DNA of 64,000 nucleotides from Gemmatimonadota bacterium (GCA_028287235.1 JAQBQB010000019.1:104184-168183), one strand, 5' to 3'. Counted from the first letter of the stretch, positions 8,667 through 18,536 are shown. Notes: generated from the sequence alone by a model not told the origin. Numbers and translations: made by a program.

Positions 8667-9532
8667 CGGATCCGAACCGCTCGCTGAACGAAGTCCCGGC
8701 ACTCCTCGAGGAGCGCCGCCGGTACGAGGCGTGGATCGCGGCGCTCGATGCGCGGCGCGACAGCACGCCGGCGCACGTCTTCGAGCGCGTGCAAAGCGAC
8801 TACCGCAACCGGCTCCAACAGGTCGCCGACCGTCTGGCCACGCATCGGCAGGCGATCGAGGAAGAGCGGGCGAGCGTGCAGTCGCGCCTGTCGCTGCTCG
8901 AGGCGGAAGAGCAGATGCGCCGCGACGAGCGGGCCGAGCTCGACCTGCGGGCACACGTCGGCGAGCTGGCGGGCAGTGACGCGGACTCGGCCTTCGGCAC
9001 CGTCGACGACGCGATCACGCAGCTCGTGGGGGAGAAGGGCGGGTTGCAGCGGCGCGTGGCGGAGCTGGACGCGCTCGTCGCCGAACGGCCGGCCGATGCA
9101 GCCTCGGATGAAATCGAGAAAGAAGTGCCGCCGCTGGAAGAGTTGATCGATGAGCCGGCGCAGGTTGCGCCGCTGGAGCCGCCGAACGCGCCCGCCGGGT
9201 CGTTCGACGAAATGGCGTTTCTCGACGCGGTGGTAGGGAAGGAGTCGGCCAATGCGCAGGCGAGCGCGCCGATCGAGCCGCCGGTCTACGAGCGCATCAT
9301 CCATCGCGACGAGGCCGACTCGGAGTCCTTGTTGGCGGGGCTCGGCGGGCCGCGCGGTGCGTCCGAGGAGGCGCCGCTGGCGGCGAACGTTCCGGCGAAC
9401 ACGCCCATCGTGCTGCGCCCGTCGGGGTCGATCGAGCAGTCCAAAACGCTCAAGTGCAACGAGTGCGGAGCGATGAACTATCCGACGGAATGGTACTGCG
9501 AGCGCTGCGGAGCGGAGCTGGCGGCGCTCTGA
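8663..9532 (+). CDS. Coiled-coil protein with C-terminal zinc ribbon (conserved hypothetical)
   Basis: N-terminal heptad-like region rich in E/R/L, an acidic low-complexity middle, and C-terminal CNECGAMNYPTEWYCERCG (CxxC-N10-CxxC). Confidence 0.7.
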   Translation: MTDPNRSLNEVPALLEERRRYEAWIAALDARRDSTPAHVFERVQSDYRNRLQQVADRLATHRQAIEEERASVQSRLSLLEAEEQMRRDERAELDLRAHVGELAGSDADSAFGTVDDAITQLVGEKGGLQRRVAELDALVAERPADAASDEIEKEVPPLEELIDEPAQVAPLEPPNAPAGSFDEMAFLDAVVGKESANAQASAPIEPPVYERIIHRDEADSESLLAGLGGPRGASEEAPLAANVPANTPIVLRPSGSIEQSKTLKCNECGAMNYPTEWYCERCGAELAAL

Positions 9533-9641
9533 CGTGTCAACCTGCTGACCTGTCAACCTGCTGACGTGTCATCCTGAGGAGTGAAACGACGAAGGATCGC
9601 CTTCCCATGGGAAAGCGATCCTTCGCTGCGCTCAGGATGAC
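9532..9641. repeat. Composite intergenic repeat: about 3 tandem 16-nt units running into a 74-nt REP/MITE-like imperfect palindrome
   Basis: ACGTGTCAACCTGCTG / ACCTGTCAACCTGCTG / ACGTGTCATCCTGAGG (9532-9579). GTCATCCTGAG (9568-9578) pairs with CTCAGGATGAC (9631-9641), and the inner arms GAAGGATCGC / GCGATCCTTC also pair. Confidence 0.7.
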
Positions 9642-9657
9642 TGCGCCGGTTCGCGCG

Positions 9658-9897
9658 TTACGCCGCGACTTTCTTGCTCAGCTTGCTCTTGTTGCGGGCC
9701 GCGTTGTTCGGATGAATGAGGCCCTTGCGAGCCGCGCGGTCGAGCAGCTTGGTGGCGGTCAGCTTGGCTTCGGGCGTTGCATCGGGGGCCTTGGCCTTCT
9801 TGAGCGCAGTCCGCAGGGCGGAACGTTGCGCACGGTTGCGCACGGTCGCCGCGCGCGACTTACGCATGTTCTTCTTGGCGGAAGCGATATTCGGCAC
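9658..9897 (-). CDS. rpsT: 30S ribosomal protein S20
   Basis: [34 protein letters not shown].. is the typical S20 N-terminus. 79 aa, GTG start. Confidence 0.95.
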   Translation of the reverse strand: MPNIASAKKNMRKSRAATVRNRAQRSALRTALKKAKAPDATPEAKLTATKLLDRAARKGLIHPNNAARNKSKLSKKVAA

Positions 9898-10106
9898 GAA
9901 AGACTCTCCAAAAATACCAGTGAAATTCGCGTGGTTCGCGAAGGCTGAAAACTAGAGTTCGACAGCGTCAAAGTCAAGGCGCGATAACGCTTTGACACTA
10001 GTCTACATCAACACTACCTTTCGCGCCAATCGCCCCCCGGACACGCGCGCGCAAACCGCGCCGCCGGGGGCGAATCACCCGTTCCGTACAGCCGACACAG
10101 CCGACG

Positions 10107-10793
10107 TTGCAATTTCAGGACTTCCTGTTGTTCATGCCGATGTTGTTGTTCTCAGTCATCGCGCATGAGTATGCACACGGCTACGCAGCGCTGAAGCAGG
10201 GCGACGACACCGCTCTCATGCTCGGGCGCTTGACCTTGAATCCGGTCAAGCACATCGACCCGTTCATGACGATCTTGTTGCCGCTCATGCTCTGGCTCGC
10301 GCACGCGCCCATTCTCGGGGGCGCCAAGCCCGTACCGGTGAACCCGCGCAAGTATCGGAACTTCAAGCGGGGCGACATCATCGTGTCGCTCGCCGGGGTG
10401 TTTACGAATTTGCTCATCAGCATCGCCTGCGTGATTCTCATCGCCGTGCTCGGACTGGTTGGACGGTTCGCGCCCGTGCTCGATCCCAGCCTGGGCATTT
10501 TGCAGGCGATGATGATCCTTGGTGTGCAACTCAACCTGATCCTGATTGCCTTCAATCTCATTCCGGTGCCGCCGCTCGACGGGTCGCACGTCTTCAAGTA
10601 CCTGCTGCCGCTGTCGTGGGCGATCCGCTACCAGCAGGTCGCCCGTTGGGGCATCGTCGTGCTGATCGCGGTCATGTACCTCGCGCCTGGCGCACTCATG
10701 GTGTGGCTCGGACCCGCCCTCAAGACGAGCGACGCAATGATCCAACTCGTGACCGGAATGATCCTGCCGTCCACGTCGCAGTGGCTGCGATGA
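10107..10793 (+). CDS. Site-2 protease (M50) family membrane metalloprotease
   Basis: HEYAHG zinc motif in the first TM helix, a multi-pass hydrophobic profile, and the second motif ..NLIPVPPLDGSH... Confidence 0.85.
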   Translation: MQFQDFLLFMPMLLFSVIAHEYAHGYAALKQGDDTALMLGRLTLNPVKHIDPFMTILLPLMLWLAHAPILGGAKPVPVNPRKYRNFKRGDIIVSLAGVFTNLLISIACVILIAVLGLVGRFAPVLDPSLGILQAMMILGVQLNLILIAFNLIPVPPLDGSHVFKYLLPLSWAIRYQQVARWGIVVLIAVMYLAPGALMVWLGPALKTSDAMIQLVTGMILPSTSQWLR

Positions 10794-11530
10794 CCGCGAC
10801 GTTCGCGCCGGAGCTGCCGGCAACCGAAACGGGCTTCAACGTCGACCTGCCCGCGTTCTCCGGACCGCTCGATCTCCTGCTGTCGCTGATTCGCGAAGAG
10901 CAGGTCGACATCTACGACATTCCGATCGCCCGCATCTGCGAGCAGTTCGTGGTGCGCATTCGCACGCTCGGCTTGAACGAAGCGGCGGAGTACCTCGAGA
11001 TGGCCGCCCGGCTGCTGCGCATCAAGGCGCAGATGCTGCTGCCGCGGAGCGAGATGGAGCAGTGGGAAGATCCGCGCGCGGAGCTCGTGCGCCGGCTGCT
11101 CGAGTACCAACAGATGCGCGAGGTCGTGGACGTCCTCGAGCGCCGCGGAGAAGAGCGCCGCAACCAGTTCGCGCGCGCCTACCTGCCGCAGTCGGCAACG
11201 CCTCCGCAGGCGCCGCTCGCGCTCTCGCTGTCCGAGCTGTTGTCGGCGGTGGACCGCGTCCTGCGCGCCGCGACGCAGCCGAACATGCACGAGATCATCC
11301 CGCGCTCCCTCGATGTGCCGGGCGCGATCACGATCATTCGGTCCGTGCTCGCCCTCCGGGCACGCATCATGTGGACGGAGATCGTGGAGCGCGGCGCCGA
11401 ACCCTGGCAGATTCTTTCGACGCTCCTTGGCCTGCTCGAGCTCGCGAAGCTCGGCGAGCTCAAAGTCGCTCAGCCCAAACCCTACGCCGACGTGGAAATC
11501 ACTCGTGACGCCGCTAGCGAAGCTGCTTGA
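10790..11530 (+). CDS. scpA: Segregation and condensation protein A
   Basis: ..FSGPLDLLLSLIREEQVDIYDIPIARICEQF.. is the ScpA signature. The start ATG forms an ATGA overlap with the preceding stop; the ORF-track start 10616 was trimmed. Confidence 0.9.
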   Translation: MTATFAPELPATETGFNVDLPAFSGPLDLLLSLIREEQVDIYDIPIARICEQFVVRIRTLGLNEAAEYLEMAARLLRIKAQMLLPRSEMEQWEDPRAELVRRLLEYQQMREVVDVLERRGEERRNQFARAYLPQSATPPQAPLALSLSELLSAVDRVLRAATQPNMHEIIPRSLDVPGAITIIRSVLALRARIMWTEIVERGAEPWQILSTLLGLLELAKLGELKVAQPKPYADVEITRDAASEAA

Positions 11531-12086
11531 AGCGGCGCTGTTCGCCAGCGCACGCCCCATCGCCACCGAGGAGCTCGCGGCGCTCGACAGCGACGCCTCG
11601 CCCGCCGAGCTGCAGTCGGCGCTCGACGAGATCCGCGAGCACTACGACGTCGAGGGACATGGCGTCGAGCTCACCGAGCTCGGCGGCGGTTGGCAGATCC
11701 TCACCCGCGCCGAGTACACTGAAGCGATCGAACGGGCGCAGCTCGCGGCGCGACCGGCGCGCTTGTCCGGCGCGGCGCTGGAGTCGCTCGCGATCATCGC
11801 GTACCGCCAACCCATCAGCCGCTCCGAGATCGAGGAGATCCGCGGCGTCGCCGTGGGCGGCATGCTGAAGTCGTTGCACGAGCGCGGGCTCATCGACGTG
11901 GTGGGCCGCGCCGAGGGGTTGGGCCGTCCGCTGCTGTACGGCACGACGCCCGTCTTCCTCGAGCACTTCGCGTTGCGCCATCTCGAGGAGCTGCCGCGGG
12001 CCGACGAGCTGGCGATCGCGCTGCGCATGCCGGCGCGCGACACCGAGCCCGAGCCCGTCGCCGCCGGCGAAGGGAGCGAATCATGA
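11505..12086 (+). CDS. scpB: Segregation and condensation protein B
   Basis: ..[19 protein letters not shown].., ..[24 protein letters not shown].. (two winged helices). The GTG start overlaps the scpA end. Confidence 0.85.
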   Translation: MTPLAKLLEAALFASARPIATEELAALDSDASPAELQSALDEIREHYDVEGHGVELTELGGGWQILTRAEYTEAIERAQLAARPARLSGAALESLAIIAYRQPISRSEIEEIRGVAVGGMLKSLHERGLIDVVGRAEGLGRPLLYGTTPVFLEHFALRHLEELPRADELAIALRMPARDTEPEPVAAGEGSES

Positions 12087-12799
12087 CCGAGACGATGCGG
12101 ATCCAGCGCGCGCTCGCACGCGCGGGCGTCGCCTCGAGGCGCAAAGCCGAAGAGCTGATCGCCGCGGGCCGGGTGAAGGTCAACGGTGAGGTCGCGAACA
12201 CCGGACAGGCCGTCGATCCGTCGCGCGACATCATTCTTGTGGACGGAAAACAGATCGGCGCGCCGCAGGCGGCCGAGTGGATTCTGCTCAACAAGCCGGC
12301 CGGCGTCATGACGACCAAGTCGGATCCGGATGGACGGAAGACCGTGTTCGACATGCTGCCGAACATCCCGGGGCTCACGTACGTGGGGCGACTCGACTTT
12401 CTCACCGAAGGCCTGCTGCTGTTGACGACGGATGGCGAAGCGGCGCATCGCCTATCGCATCCGAGCAGCGAAGTGCAGCGCACGTACGTCGCCACCGTGC
12501 TGGGCAAGGGCGATGAGGCGGTCGAGATCGCGCGCGAGGGTGTGGAGCTGGACGACGGGCCGGTGCATCCCAAGCACGTCGAGGCGCGCCGCCTCGGGCG
12601 CGATCGCTGGGAGTTCGAAGTCACGATCACCGAGGGCCGAAAGCGCGAGGTCCGGCGGCTGTGTGCCGCGCTCGGCCTCGACGTGGAACGGCTCGTCCGC
12701 ACGCGGTTCGGTCCCATCCAGCTGGGCGACCTTCCGACCGGCTCGGCGCGCAAGCTGACGCCGCGCGAGCGGTCGGCGTTGGTGAAAGTCGGAACGTGA
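12083..12799 (+). CDS. rluB: Pseudouridine synthase, RsuA/RluB family
   Basis: S4 domain ([30 protein letters not shown]) and catalytic GRLD ([19 protein letters not shown]). Confidence 0.85.
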   Translation: MTETMRIQRALARAGVASRRKAEELIAAGRVKVNGEVANTGQAVDPSRDIILVDGKQIGAPQAAEWILLNKPAGVMTTKSDPDGRKTVFDMLPNIPGLTYVGRLDFLTEGLLLLTTDGEAAHRLSHPSSEVQRTYVATVLGKGDEAVEIAREGVELDDGPVHPKHVEARRLGRDRWEFEVTITEGRKREVRRLCAALGLDVERLVRTRFGPIQLGDLPTGSARKLTPRERSALVKVGT

Positions 12800-12922
12800 G
12801 CACTCCCGGCACCTGACGCGTATGTCGGGGTAGGAGCAGACGGACAGGCTGGCTCTGCGGTATCTCAGTTGCAGGGTGTGGGGCGCAAGACCCTAACCCT
12901 AGACCCTACACCCTGGTGCTCC

Positions 12923-13906
12923 GTGGCGACACAAGCTACTTCGGCTTCCACTGCGGCGGACTCGCAACTCGTTCAGAACGTCGCGCGGCAGGTGGCTCGC
13001 CGCGTCGTTGGGCAGGACTACATGGTCGACCGCCTGCTGATCAGCCTCTTGACCGGCGGTCACGTGCTCCTCGAGGGTGTGCCGGGGCTCGCGAAGACGC
13101 TCACCGTGCGAACGCTCGCCGAGACGATCGACACCACGTTCCATCGCATCCAGTTCACTCCGGACCTGCTTCCCGCCGACGTGCTCGGCACGCAGGTGTA
13201 CGATCAATCGACGGGGCAGTTCTCGGTGAAGCGCGGACCGATCTTCGCGAACATCATCCTCGCCGACGAGATCAACCGCGCTCCCGCCAAGGTGCAGGCG
13301 GCGCTGCTCGAGGCGATGCAGGAAAAGCAGGTGACGATCGGCGGCACGACGTTCAAGCTCGAGGAGCCTTTCCTCGTGCTGGCGACGCAAAATCCGATCG
13401 AGCAAGAGGGCACGTATCCGCTGCCGGAAGCGCAGGTCGACCGCTTCATGCTCAAGCTCCGCGTGGGCTATCCGTCGCGTGACGAAGAGAAGGAGATCAT
13501 GCGGCGCATGGCCGGCGGCGATCCAATCGATGTGCAAGCGGTGGCCTCGCCGATCGCGATCATGGAAGCGCGGCACCGGATCAGCGAGCTGTACATGGAC
13601 GACCGCATCGTCGACTACATCGTCGACATCGTGATCGCGACGCGCGAGCCGAAGAACGCCGGCCTCGCCGATCTCGCCCCGCTCATCGAATTCGGCGCCA
13701 GCCCGCGCGCTACGATCGCGCTCGCCCAGGCGTCGCGCGCGCACGCGTTCCTCCGCGGTCGCGCGTTCGTCACGCCCGACGACGTCAAGGCGATCGCTCC
13801 CGACGTGCTGCGCCACCGCGTGCTCACGACCTACGAAGCCGAGGCGGAAGAGGTGACGAGCGATCAAATCGTGCAGCGCGTGTTGGACAAGATCGAGTCG
13901 CCCTGA
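12923..13906 (+). CDS. MoxR-family AAA+ ATPase
   Basis: Walker A GVPGLAKT, Walker B ILADEINRA, and the typical MoxR C-terminus. The start was chosen at GTG 12923; the ORF-track start 12869 would translate the repeat leader. Confidence 0.9.
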   Translation: MATQATSASTAADSQLVQNVARQVARRVVGQDYMVDRLLISLLTGGHVLLEGVPGLAKTLTVRTLAETIDTTFHRIQFTPDLLPADVLGTQVYDQSTGQFSVKRGPIFANIILADEINRAPAKVQAALLEAMQEKQVTIGGTTFKLEEPFLVLATQNPIEQEGTYPLPEAQVDRFMLKLRVGYPSRDEEKEIMRRMAGGDPIDVQAVASPIAIMEARHRISELYMDDRIVDYIVDIVIATREPKNAGLADLAPLIEFGASPRATIALAQASRAHAFLRGRAFVTPDDVKAIAPDVLRHRVLTTYEAEAEEVTSDQIVQRVLDKIESP

Positions 13907-13943
13907 GCAGGTCTCCGGTCCCTGATCTGAGGTCGCCGCGCTG

Positions 13944-14927
13944 ATGGCTTGGAATCTCTTCCGCCGCCGCACGAAGTCGGGCGCCATCGCGCTCGACACG
14001 CCCGCGCGCGTGCGACCCGAGACCAAGGCCCTGAGTCCCACCGCGGCGGTGCCGCCGGAAGTGCTGCGCCAGGTCAAGCTCCTCGAGCTGCGCACGCGCG
14101 GGCTGGTCAACTCGCTCTTCACCGGCGAGTACCGTTCGGTGTTCAAGGGGCAGGGCATGGAGTTCTCGGAGGTGCGCGAGTACCAGCCGGGCGACGAGGT
14201 GCGCAGCATCGACTGGAACGTCACGGCGCGCATGCAGCGGCCGTACGTCAAGCGGTACATCGAGGAGCGTGAGCTCACCGTGATGCTCGCCGTGGACGTG
14301 TCGGGCTCGGAGCGGTTCGGCACGCGCCGGCGCTTCAAGAGCGAGGTGGCGTCGGAGCTCGCGGCCGTGCTGGCAATGTCGGCTATCCGCAACAACGATC
14401 GTGTGGGCGGATTGATGTTCACCGACCGCATCGAGCACGTGGTGCCTCCGCGAAAGGGACGACGGCACGCACTGCGGCTCATCCGCGACTTTCTCGCGTT
14501 CGAGCCGGTCGGAAAAGCAACCGACATCGGCGGCGCCACTGAATACCTGAACAAGATGCTCGGTCACAAGGCGATCATCTTTCTCGTGTCGGACTTTCTG
14601 GGTGAAAGCGTCGAGCGGCCGCTCAAGCTGCTCGCGCAGCGGCACGACGTGGTCGCGGTCACGGTGGAAGATCCGAGCGAGCGCGTGCTGCCCGACATCG
14701 GTCTCGTCCGGCTCGTCGATCCCGAGACGGGTGCAACGCTCGACGTGGACACGAGCGACCCCGCCGTGCGCGCGCAGTTCGACCTCGCGGTGGGCGGCGA
14801 CGCCGACAAGCGCCGCCATCTGTTCCGCCGGCTCGCGATCGACGAGATCACCGTGAACACCGACTCGGGCATCATGGAGCCGCTGCTGCGCTTCTTTCGC
14901 AGCAGGGAGCGGAGAATTCGAAAGTGA
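13944..14927 (+). CDS. DUF58 domain protein (MoxR partner)
   Basis: ..VREYQPGDEVRSIDWNVTAR.. followed by a VWA-like MLAVDVSGS. The position directly after MoxR is canonical. Confidence 0.85.
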   Translation: MAWNLFRRRTKSGAIALDTPARVRPETKALSPTAAVPPEVLRQVKLLELRTRGLVNSLFTGEYRSVFKGQGMEFSEVREYQPGDEVRSIDWNVTARMQRPYVKRYIEERELTVMLAVDVSGSERFGTRRRFKSEVASELAAVLAMSAIRNNDRVGGLMFTDRIEHVVPPRKGRRHALRLIRDFLAFEPVGKATDIGGATEYLNKMLGHKAIIFLVSDFLGESVERPLKLLAQRHDVVAVTVEDPSERVLPDIGLVRLVDPETGATLDVDTSDPAVRAQFDLAVGGDADKRRHLFRRLAIDEITVNTDSGIMEPLLRFFRSRERRIRK

Positions 14928-15868
14928 GAATGCTCATTGCCGTCGCGCGTTTCACGGCGTGCCTTGCCGCGTGCGGGGTCACGAGGGCGGCCGGCGCGCA
15001 GCAGCAGATTCCCGTCAAGGCGGGCGTCACCGTGGCGCCCGACTCCGTTCGCATCGGCGACCCGTTCCGCGTCACGGTGGGCATCCGCGCGCCCAAAGGC
15101 GCGACGATCGAATTCCCGCAGGCCACCGACTCGGCCTCGACGGTCCAATCGCTCGATCCGGTGGCCGTGCGCACGAGCGCCGACACGACCGCGGTGGAGC
15201 AGTACGCGGACTATCGTGTGGCGGCGTGGGACATCGGATTGCAGCCGATCCGGCTCGCCGATGCAATCGTGCGCTTCAACGGCGCCGAGCGTCGCGTGCC
15301 GCTGGGCAGCAACGCGGTGTTCGTACGCTCCCTGCTTCCGACCGACAGCACGAAGCGCATCCCGAAGCCCGTGCGCGCGCTGTTCGAGTTCTCGGTGTTC
15401 CCCTGGTGGCTCGTTGCGCTCATCGCCGCGGCGATCGTCGCTGGGCTGCTGTTCTGGTGGTGGTGGCGCCGGCGCCGAAAGAACCTTCCCATCGTCGTGA
15501 TCGATCCCTACGCGCGCGCCGAATCCGAGTTCCAGCGAATTGAAGCGCTCGGCCTGATCGAGGCGGGGGAGCGCGGCCGCTACGTCGCGCTCACGGTCGA
15601 GGTGCTTCGCGACTATCTCGCGGCGCGCTACGCCGAAGCGGCGTTGTCACTCACCAGCACGGAGTTGCAGCGGTCGGTGCGCACCCTGCCGCATTTGCCG
15701 CACGAGCGGTTGGTGCGGCTGCTCACCGAGGCCGATCTCATCAAGTTCGCGCGCCGCGCGGTGAGCGGTGACCGGGCACGCGAGCTGGGACGGGAGGCTC
15801 GCGCCATCGTCGAGCAGGAACATGTCGCGTCGCAGCCCGCGCCCGCCGTGCAGGAGACGGCGGCGTGA
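14924..15868 (+). CDS. Membrane protein of the Bat-type operon (signal peptide, one TM helix followed by WWWWRRRRK)
   Basis: N-terminal signal/lipobox-like LAACG, an internal TM WWLVALIAAAIVAGLLFWWWWRRRRK, and 4-nt overlaps with both neighbours. It resembles DUF4381-type proteins (from memory). Confidence 0.65.
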   Translation: MRMLIAVARFTACLAACGVTRAAGAQQQIPVKAGVTVAPDSVRIGDPFRVTVGIRAPKGATIEFPQATDSASTVQSLDPVAVRTSADTTAVEQYADYRVAAWDIGLQPIRLADAIVRFNGAERRVPLGSNAVFVRSLLPTDSTKRIPKPVRALFEFSVFPWWLVALIAAAIVAGLLFWWWWRRRRKNLPIVVIDPYARAESEFQRIEALGLIEAGERGRYVALTVEVLRDYLAARYAEAALSLTSTELQRSVRTLPHLPHERLVRLLTEADLIKFARRAVSGDRARELGREARAIVEQEHVASQPAPAVQETAA

Positions 15869-16857
15869 TCGCCCTCGGCTCGATCCAGTTCGCGTCGGCG
15901 TGGGCGCTGCTGCTGCTCCTGCTGCTGCCCCTCTGGTGGATCGTGCGCCGACGCCGGCGTCCGCCGGCGATGGTCTTCTCGCGCGTCAGTGTGTTGGCCG
16001 CCGGACCGCGCGCCGGCCGCGCGACGACGTTGATCCTGTTCGTCCTGCGAAACCTGCTGTTGGCGTCGATGATCGTCGCGCTCTCGCGGCCGCGCTCCGG
16101 CGCGCACGCCGAAGACGTGACGAGCGAAGGCATCAACATCGTGCTGGCGATCGACCTCTCGAGCTCCATGCTCGCGCAGGACTTTCTGCCGCAGAACCGT
16201 CTCGAGGTCGCGAAGGACGTCGTCAAGCGATTCATCACGGCGCGAACGAGCGACCGGATCGGCGTGGTCGCCTTCGCGGCCGAGGCCCTGACCCAGGTGC
16301 CGCTCACCACGGACTATCCGGTGGTGACCGCCGCGGTCGACAATCTCGCGGCCGGACAGTTGGAGGACGGCACGGCGATCGGCACCGCGATCGCCACGGC
16401 GGCCAACCGGTTGCGCGATGCGCCTGGCCGGTCGCGCGTCATGATCCTGCTCACCGACGGCGAGAACAATCGCGGCTCGATCGATCCGCGCACCGCGGCC
16501 AAGGCGGCGGCGGTGTTCGGCATCAAGATCTACACGGTGGGCGTCGGGACCGAGGGAATGGCGCCGGTGCCGGTGGGCCGCGGCCTGTTCGGGCTCCGCT
16601 ACGAGAACCGCCTCGTGCGAATCGACGAGCCGCTGCTGAACGACATCGCGAAGACGACGGGCGGCCGCTACTATCGCGCGCGCGACGCCGCGGCCCTCCA
16701 GCGCATCTACGAAGAGATCAACCAGCTCGAGCGCGAGCCGGTGCGCACGCGCTCGTACGTCCGCTACACGGAGCTCTTTCGCTGGCCGCTGTACCTCGCG
16801 GCGCTGGCCATGGTCACGGAACTGCTGCTCGCCGCACGCCGGGGGCCGTTGCCATGA
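15865..16857 (+). CDS. VWA domain membrane protein (BatA-like)
   Basis: N-terminal TM helices and the MIDAS motif VLAIDLSSSM. VWA fold, with a C-terminal TM. Confidence 0.85.
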   Translation: MIALGSIQFASAWALLLLLLLPLWWIVRRRRRPPAMVFSRVSVLAAGPRAGRATTLILFVLRNLLLASMIVALSRPRSGAHAEDVTSEGINIVLAIDLSSSMLAQDFLPQNRLEVAKDVVKRFITARTSDRIGVVAFAAEALTQVPLTTDYPVVTAAVDNLAAGQLEDGTAIGTAIATAANRLRDAPGRSRVMILLTDGENNRGSIDPRTAAKAAAVFGIKIYTVGVGTEGMAPVPVGRGLFGLRYENRLVRIDEPLLNDIAKTTGGRYYRARDAAALQRIYEEINQLEREPVRTRSYVRYTELFRWPLYLAALAMVTELLLAARRGPLP

Positions 16858-18536
16858 GCAATGTGGTATTCGACTATCCTTATCTACTGGCGCTCGCGGT
16901 GCTGCTGCCGGCGCTGGCGCTGTACGTGCTGCGGCATGCCTTCCGAGAGCGGAAGCGCCGGTTGGAGCGCCTCGGCAACATCGACATCGTCTCGCGGCTG
17001 ATTCCGGTCAACACGCTTCTTCCGCCCGGCTGGCGCATGGCGCGGCTCGGTCTCGCCAGCGCGCTCGTCGGTATCGCCGTCGCGGGCCCGCGCTGGGGCG
17101 ACGAGCGGTCCCTCGTGCGCTCGACGGGCATCGACATGGTGCTGGCGCTCGACGCGTCGCTGTCGATGATGGCACAGGATGAGCGTCCGAGTCGGCTCGA
17201 GCGGATGAAGCAGGAAGTGCGGCGGTTGCGCGCGCTGTCACCGGGCGACCGGATGGGCGTGCTGGCTTTTGCCGGACGCAGCTACGTCCTCTCGCCGCTC
17301 ACGATCGACGAAGGCGCGCTCGACCTGTTCCTGGACAACCTCGATCCATCGGTGGTCGGCCAAGCGGGCAGCTCGGTCGCCCGTACTATCAAGCAGGGCG
17401 TCGATCTGCTCACCCTCACCAACGGTGGCGCCGACCGCGCGCTGGTCGTCATGAGTGACGGCGAGGCGTTCGAGCCGACGGAGGACATTGCCGCCGAGGC
17501 GAAGCGCGCTGGCGAGCAGGGGGTTAGTCTGGTGACAGTGGGCTTCGGCACGACGGCGGGCAGCACGATTCCCATCAAGGCGCCGGACGGGTCGGCGACG
17601 ATCAAGAAGGACGAGAACGGGAACACCGTGATCACGCAGTATCATCCGGAAATACTCAAGGCGGCGGCCGACGCGGCCGGCGGCACGTTCATCGAAGCGG
17701 GTGCCACCGACAAGGCGGCGCGCGTGAAGGCGGCGCTCGCCACATTGCGGACGCAGACGCGCGCCACCGCGGGCGGCGAGACCAAGACTCCGCGCTACCA
17801 GTGGTTCCTCTTTCCGGCGCTCCTGCTCCTGCTCATCGATACCGCGCTGATCGAGCGCCGCGGGCGCCGTCGTCGCCGACCGGCTGCCGAAACCGCGGCC
17901 GCGGCGAGCGTGCTCCTGCTCCTCTCGCTGAACGGTTGCGCGCGCCTGTCGCGAACGCAACAGGCCGTCGACGTATATCACCACAACCAGTTCGCGCAGT
18001 CCGCGTCACTCTTCCGCGACGCGATCACCGCCGGCGACAAGAAGCCGGAAACACTCTACAACTTCGGCACCGCGCTCGTCGCCGCCGATTCCATGACCAC
18101 CGCCAGCGAGGCCCTCGGCCGGTTGACCGACACCAAGAACGACGAGCTGCGCTTCCGCACGCTCTTCAATCTCGGCCTCGCGCATCTGAAGCCGGGTCTC
18201 GCTCAACCGCCGGCCCAGGAGAACACCGAGCTCGATTCCGCGCTCGCGATCTACAAGAAGGCCATCCTCATGCATCCGGGCGACCTCGACGCGAAGTGGA
18301 ACTACGAGCTCGCGCTGCAACAGAAGAAGAAGGGTGGCGGCGGCGGCGGTGGTGGGGGAGGCGGTGGCGGCTCCAACAAATCTCCGCAAGGGCAGGCGCC
18401 CCAGCCGCAGGGCGGACTCGGCCAGCAACAGGCCGAGCAGCTCCTGGGGAGCGCGGCGCGGGAAGAGCGTGACGTGCAGTCGAAGAAGCAAAAGGCGAAT
18501 CGGGTCGAGCCGCCGCCTGGAGGAAAGGACTGGTGA
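16854..18536 (+). CDS. VWA + TPR fusion protein (BatB/BatC-like) with a 13-residue poly-Gly tract
   Basis: MSNVVFDYPYLLALAVLL.. starts at an ATGA overlap. MIDAS VLALDASLSM, TPR-like repeats, KKKGGGGGGGGGGGGGSNK and a basic tail. The ORF-track start 15768 was trimmed. Confidence 0.8.
   Translation: MSNVVFDYPYLLALAVLLPALALYVLRHAFRERKRRLERLGNIDIVSRLIPVNTLLPPGWRMARLGLASALVGIAVAGPRWGDERSLVRSTGIDMVLALDASLSMMAQDERPSRLERMKQEVRRLRALSPGDRMGVLAFAGRSYVLSPLTIDEGALDLFLDNLDPSVVGQAGSSVARTIKQGVDLLTLTNGGADRALVVMSDGEAFEPTEDIAAEAKRAGEQGVSLVTVGFGTTAGSTIPIKAPDGSATIKKDENGNTVITQYHPEILKAAADAAGGTFIEAGATDKAARVKAALATLRTQTRATAGGETKTPRYQWFLFPALLLLLIDTALIERRGRRRRRPAAETAAAASVLLLLSLNGCARLSRTQQAVDVYHHNQFAQSASLFRDAITAGDKKPETLYNFGTALVAADSMTTASEALGRLTDTKNDELRFRTLFNLGLAHLKPGLAQPPAQENTELDSALAIYKKAILMHPGDLDAKWNYELALQQKKKGGGGGGGGGGGGGSNKSPQGQAPQPQGGLGQQQAEQLLGSAAREERDVQSKKQKANRVEPPPGGKDW

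Noticed and set aside
12891-12902. CCCTAACCCTA resembling telomeric (CCCTAA)n repeats.
   Set aside because: There are fewer than two units, embedded in a different C-tract array, with no terminal position or further copies. It is treated instead as part of the MoxR leader C-tract motif.
18333-18371. GGN-repeat and other short tandem arrays (48564-48591, 35664-35687, 9532-9579) as candidate CRISPR-like or minisatellite loci.
   Set aside because: The units are 3-16 nt with no spacers, and no cas genes are present. They are simple slippage repeats, and the GGN repeat is coding (poly-Gly).
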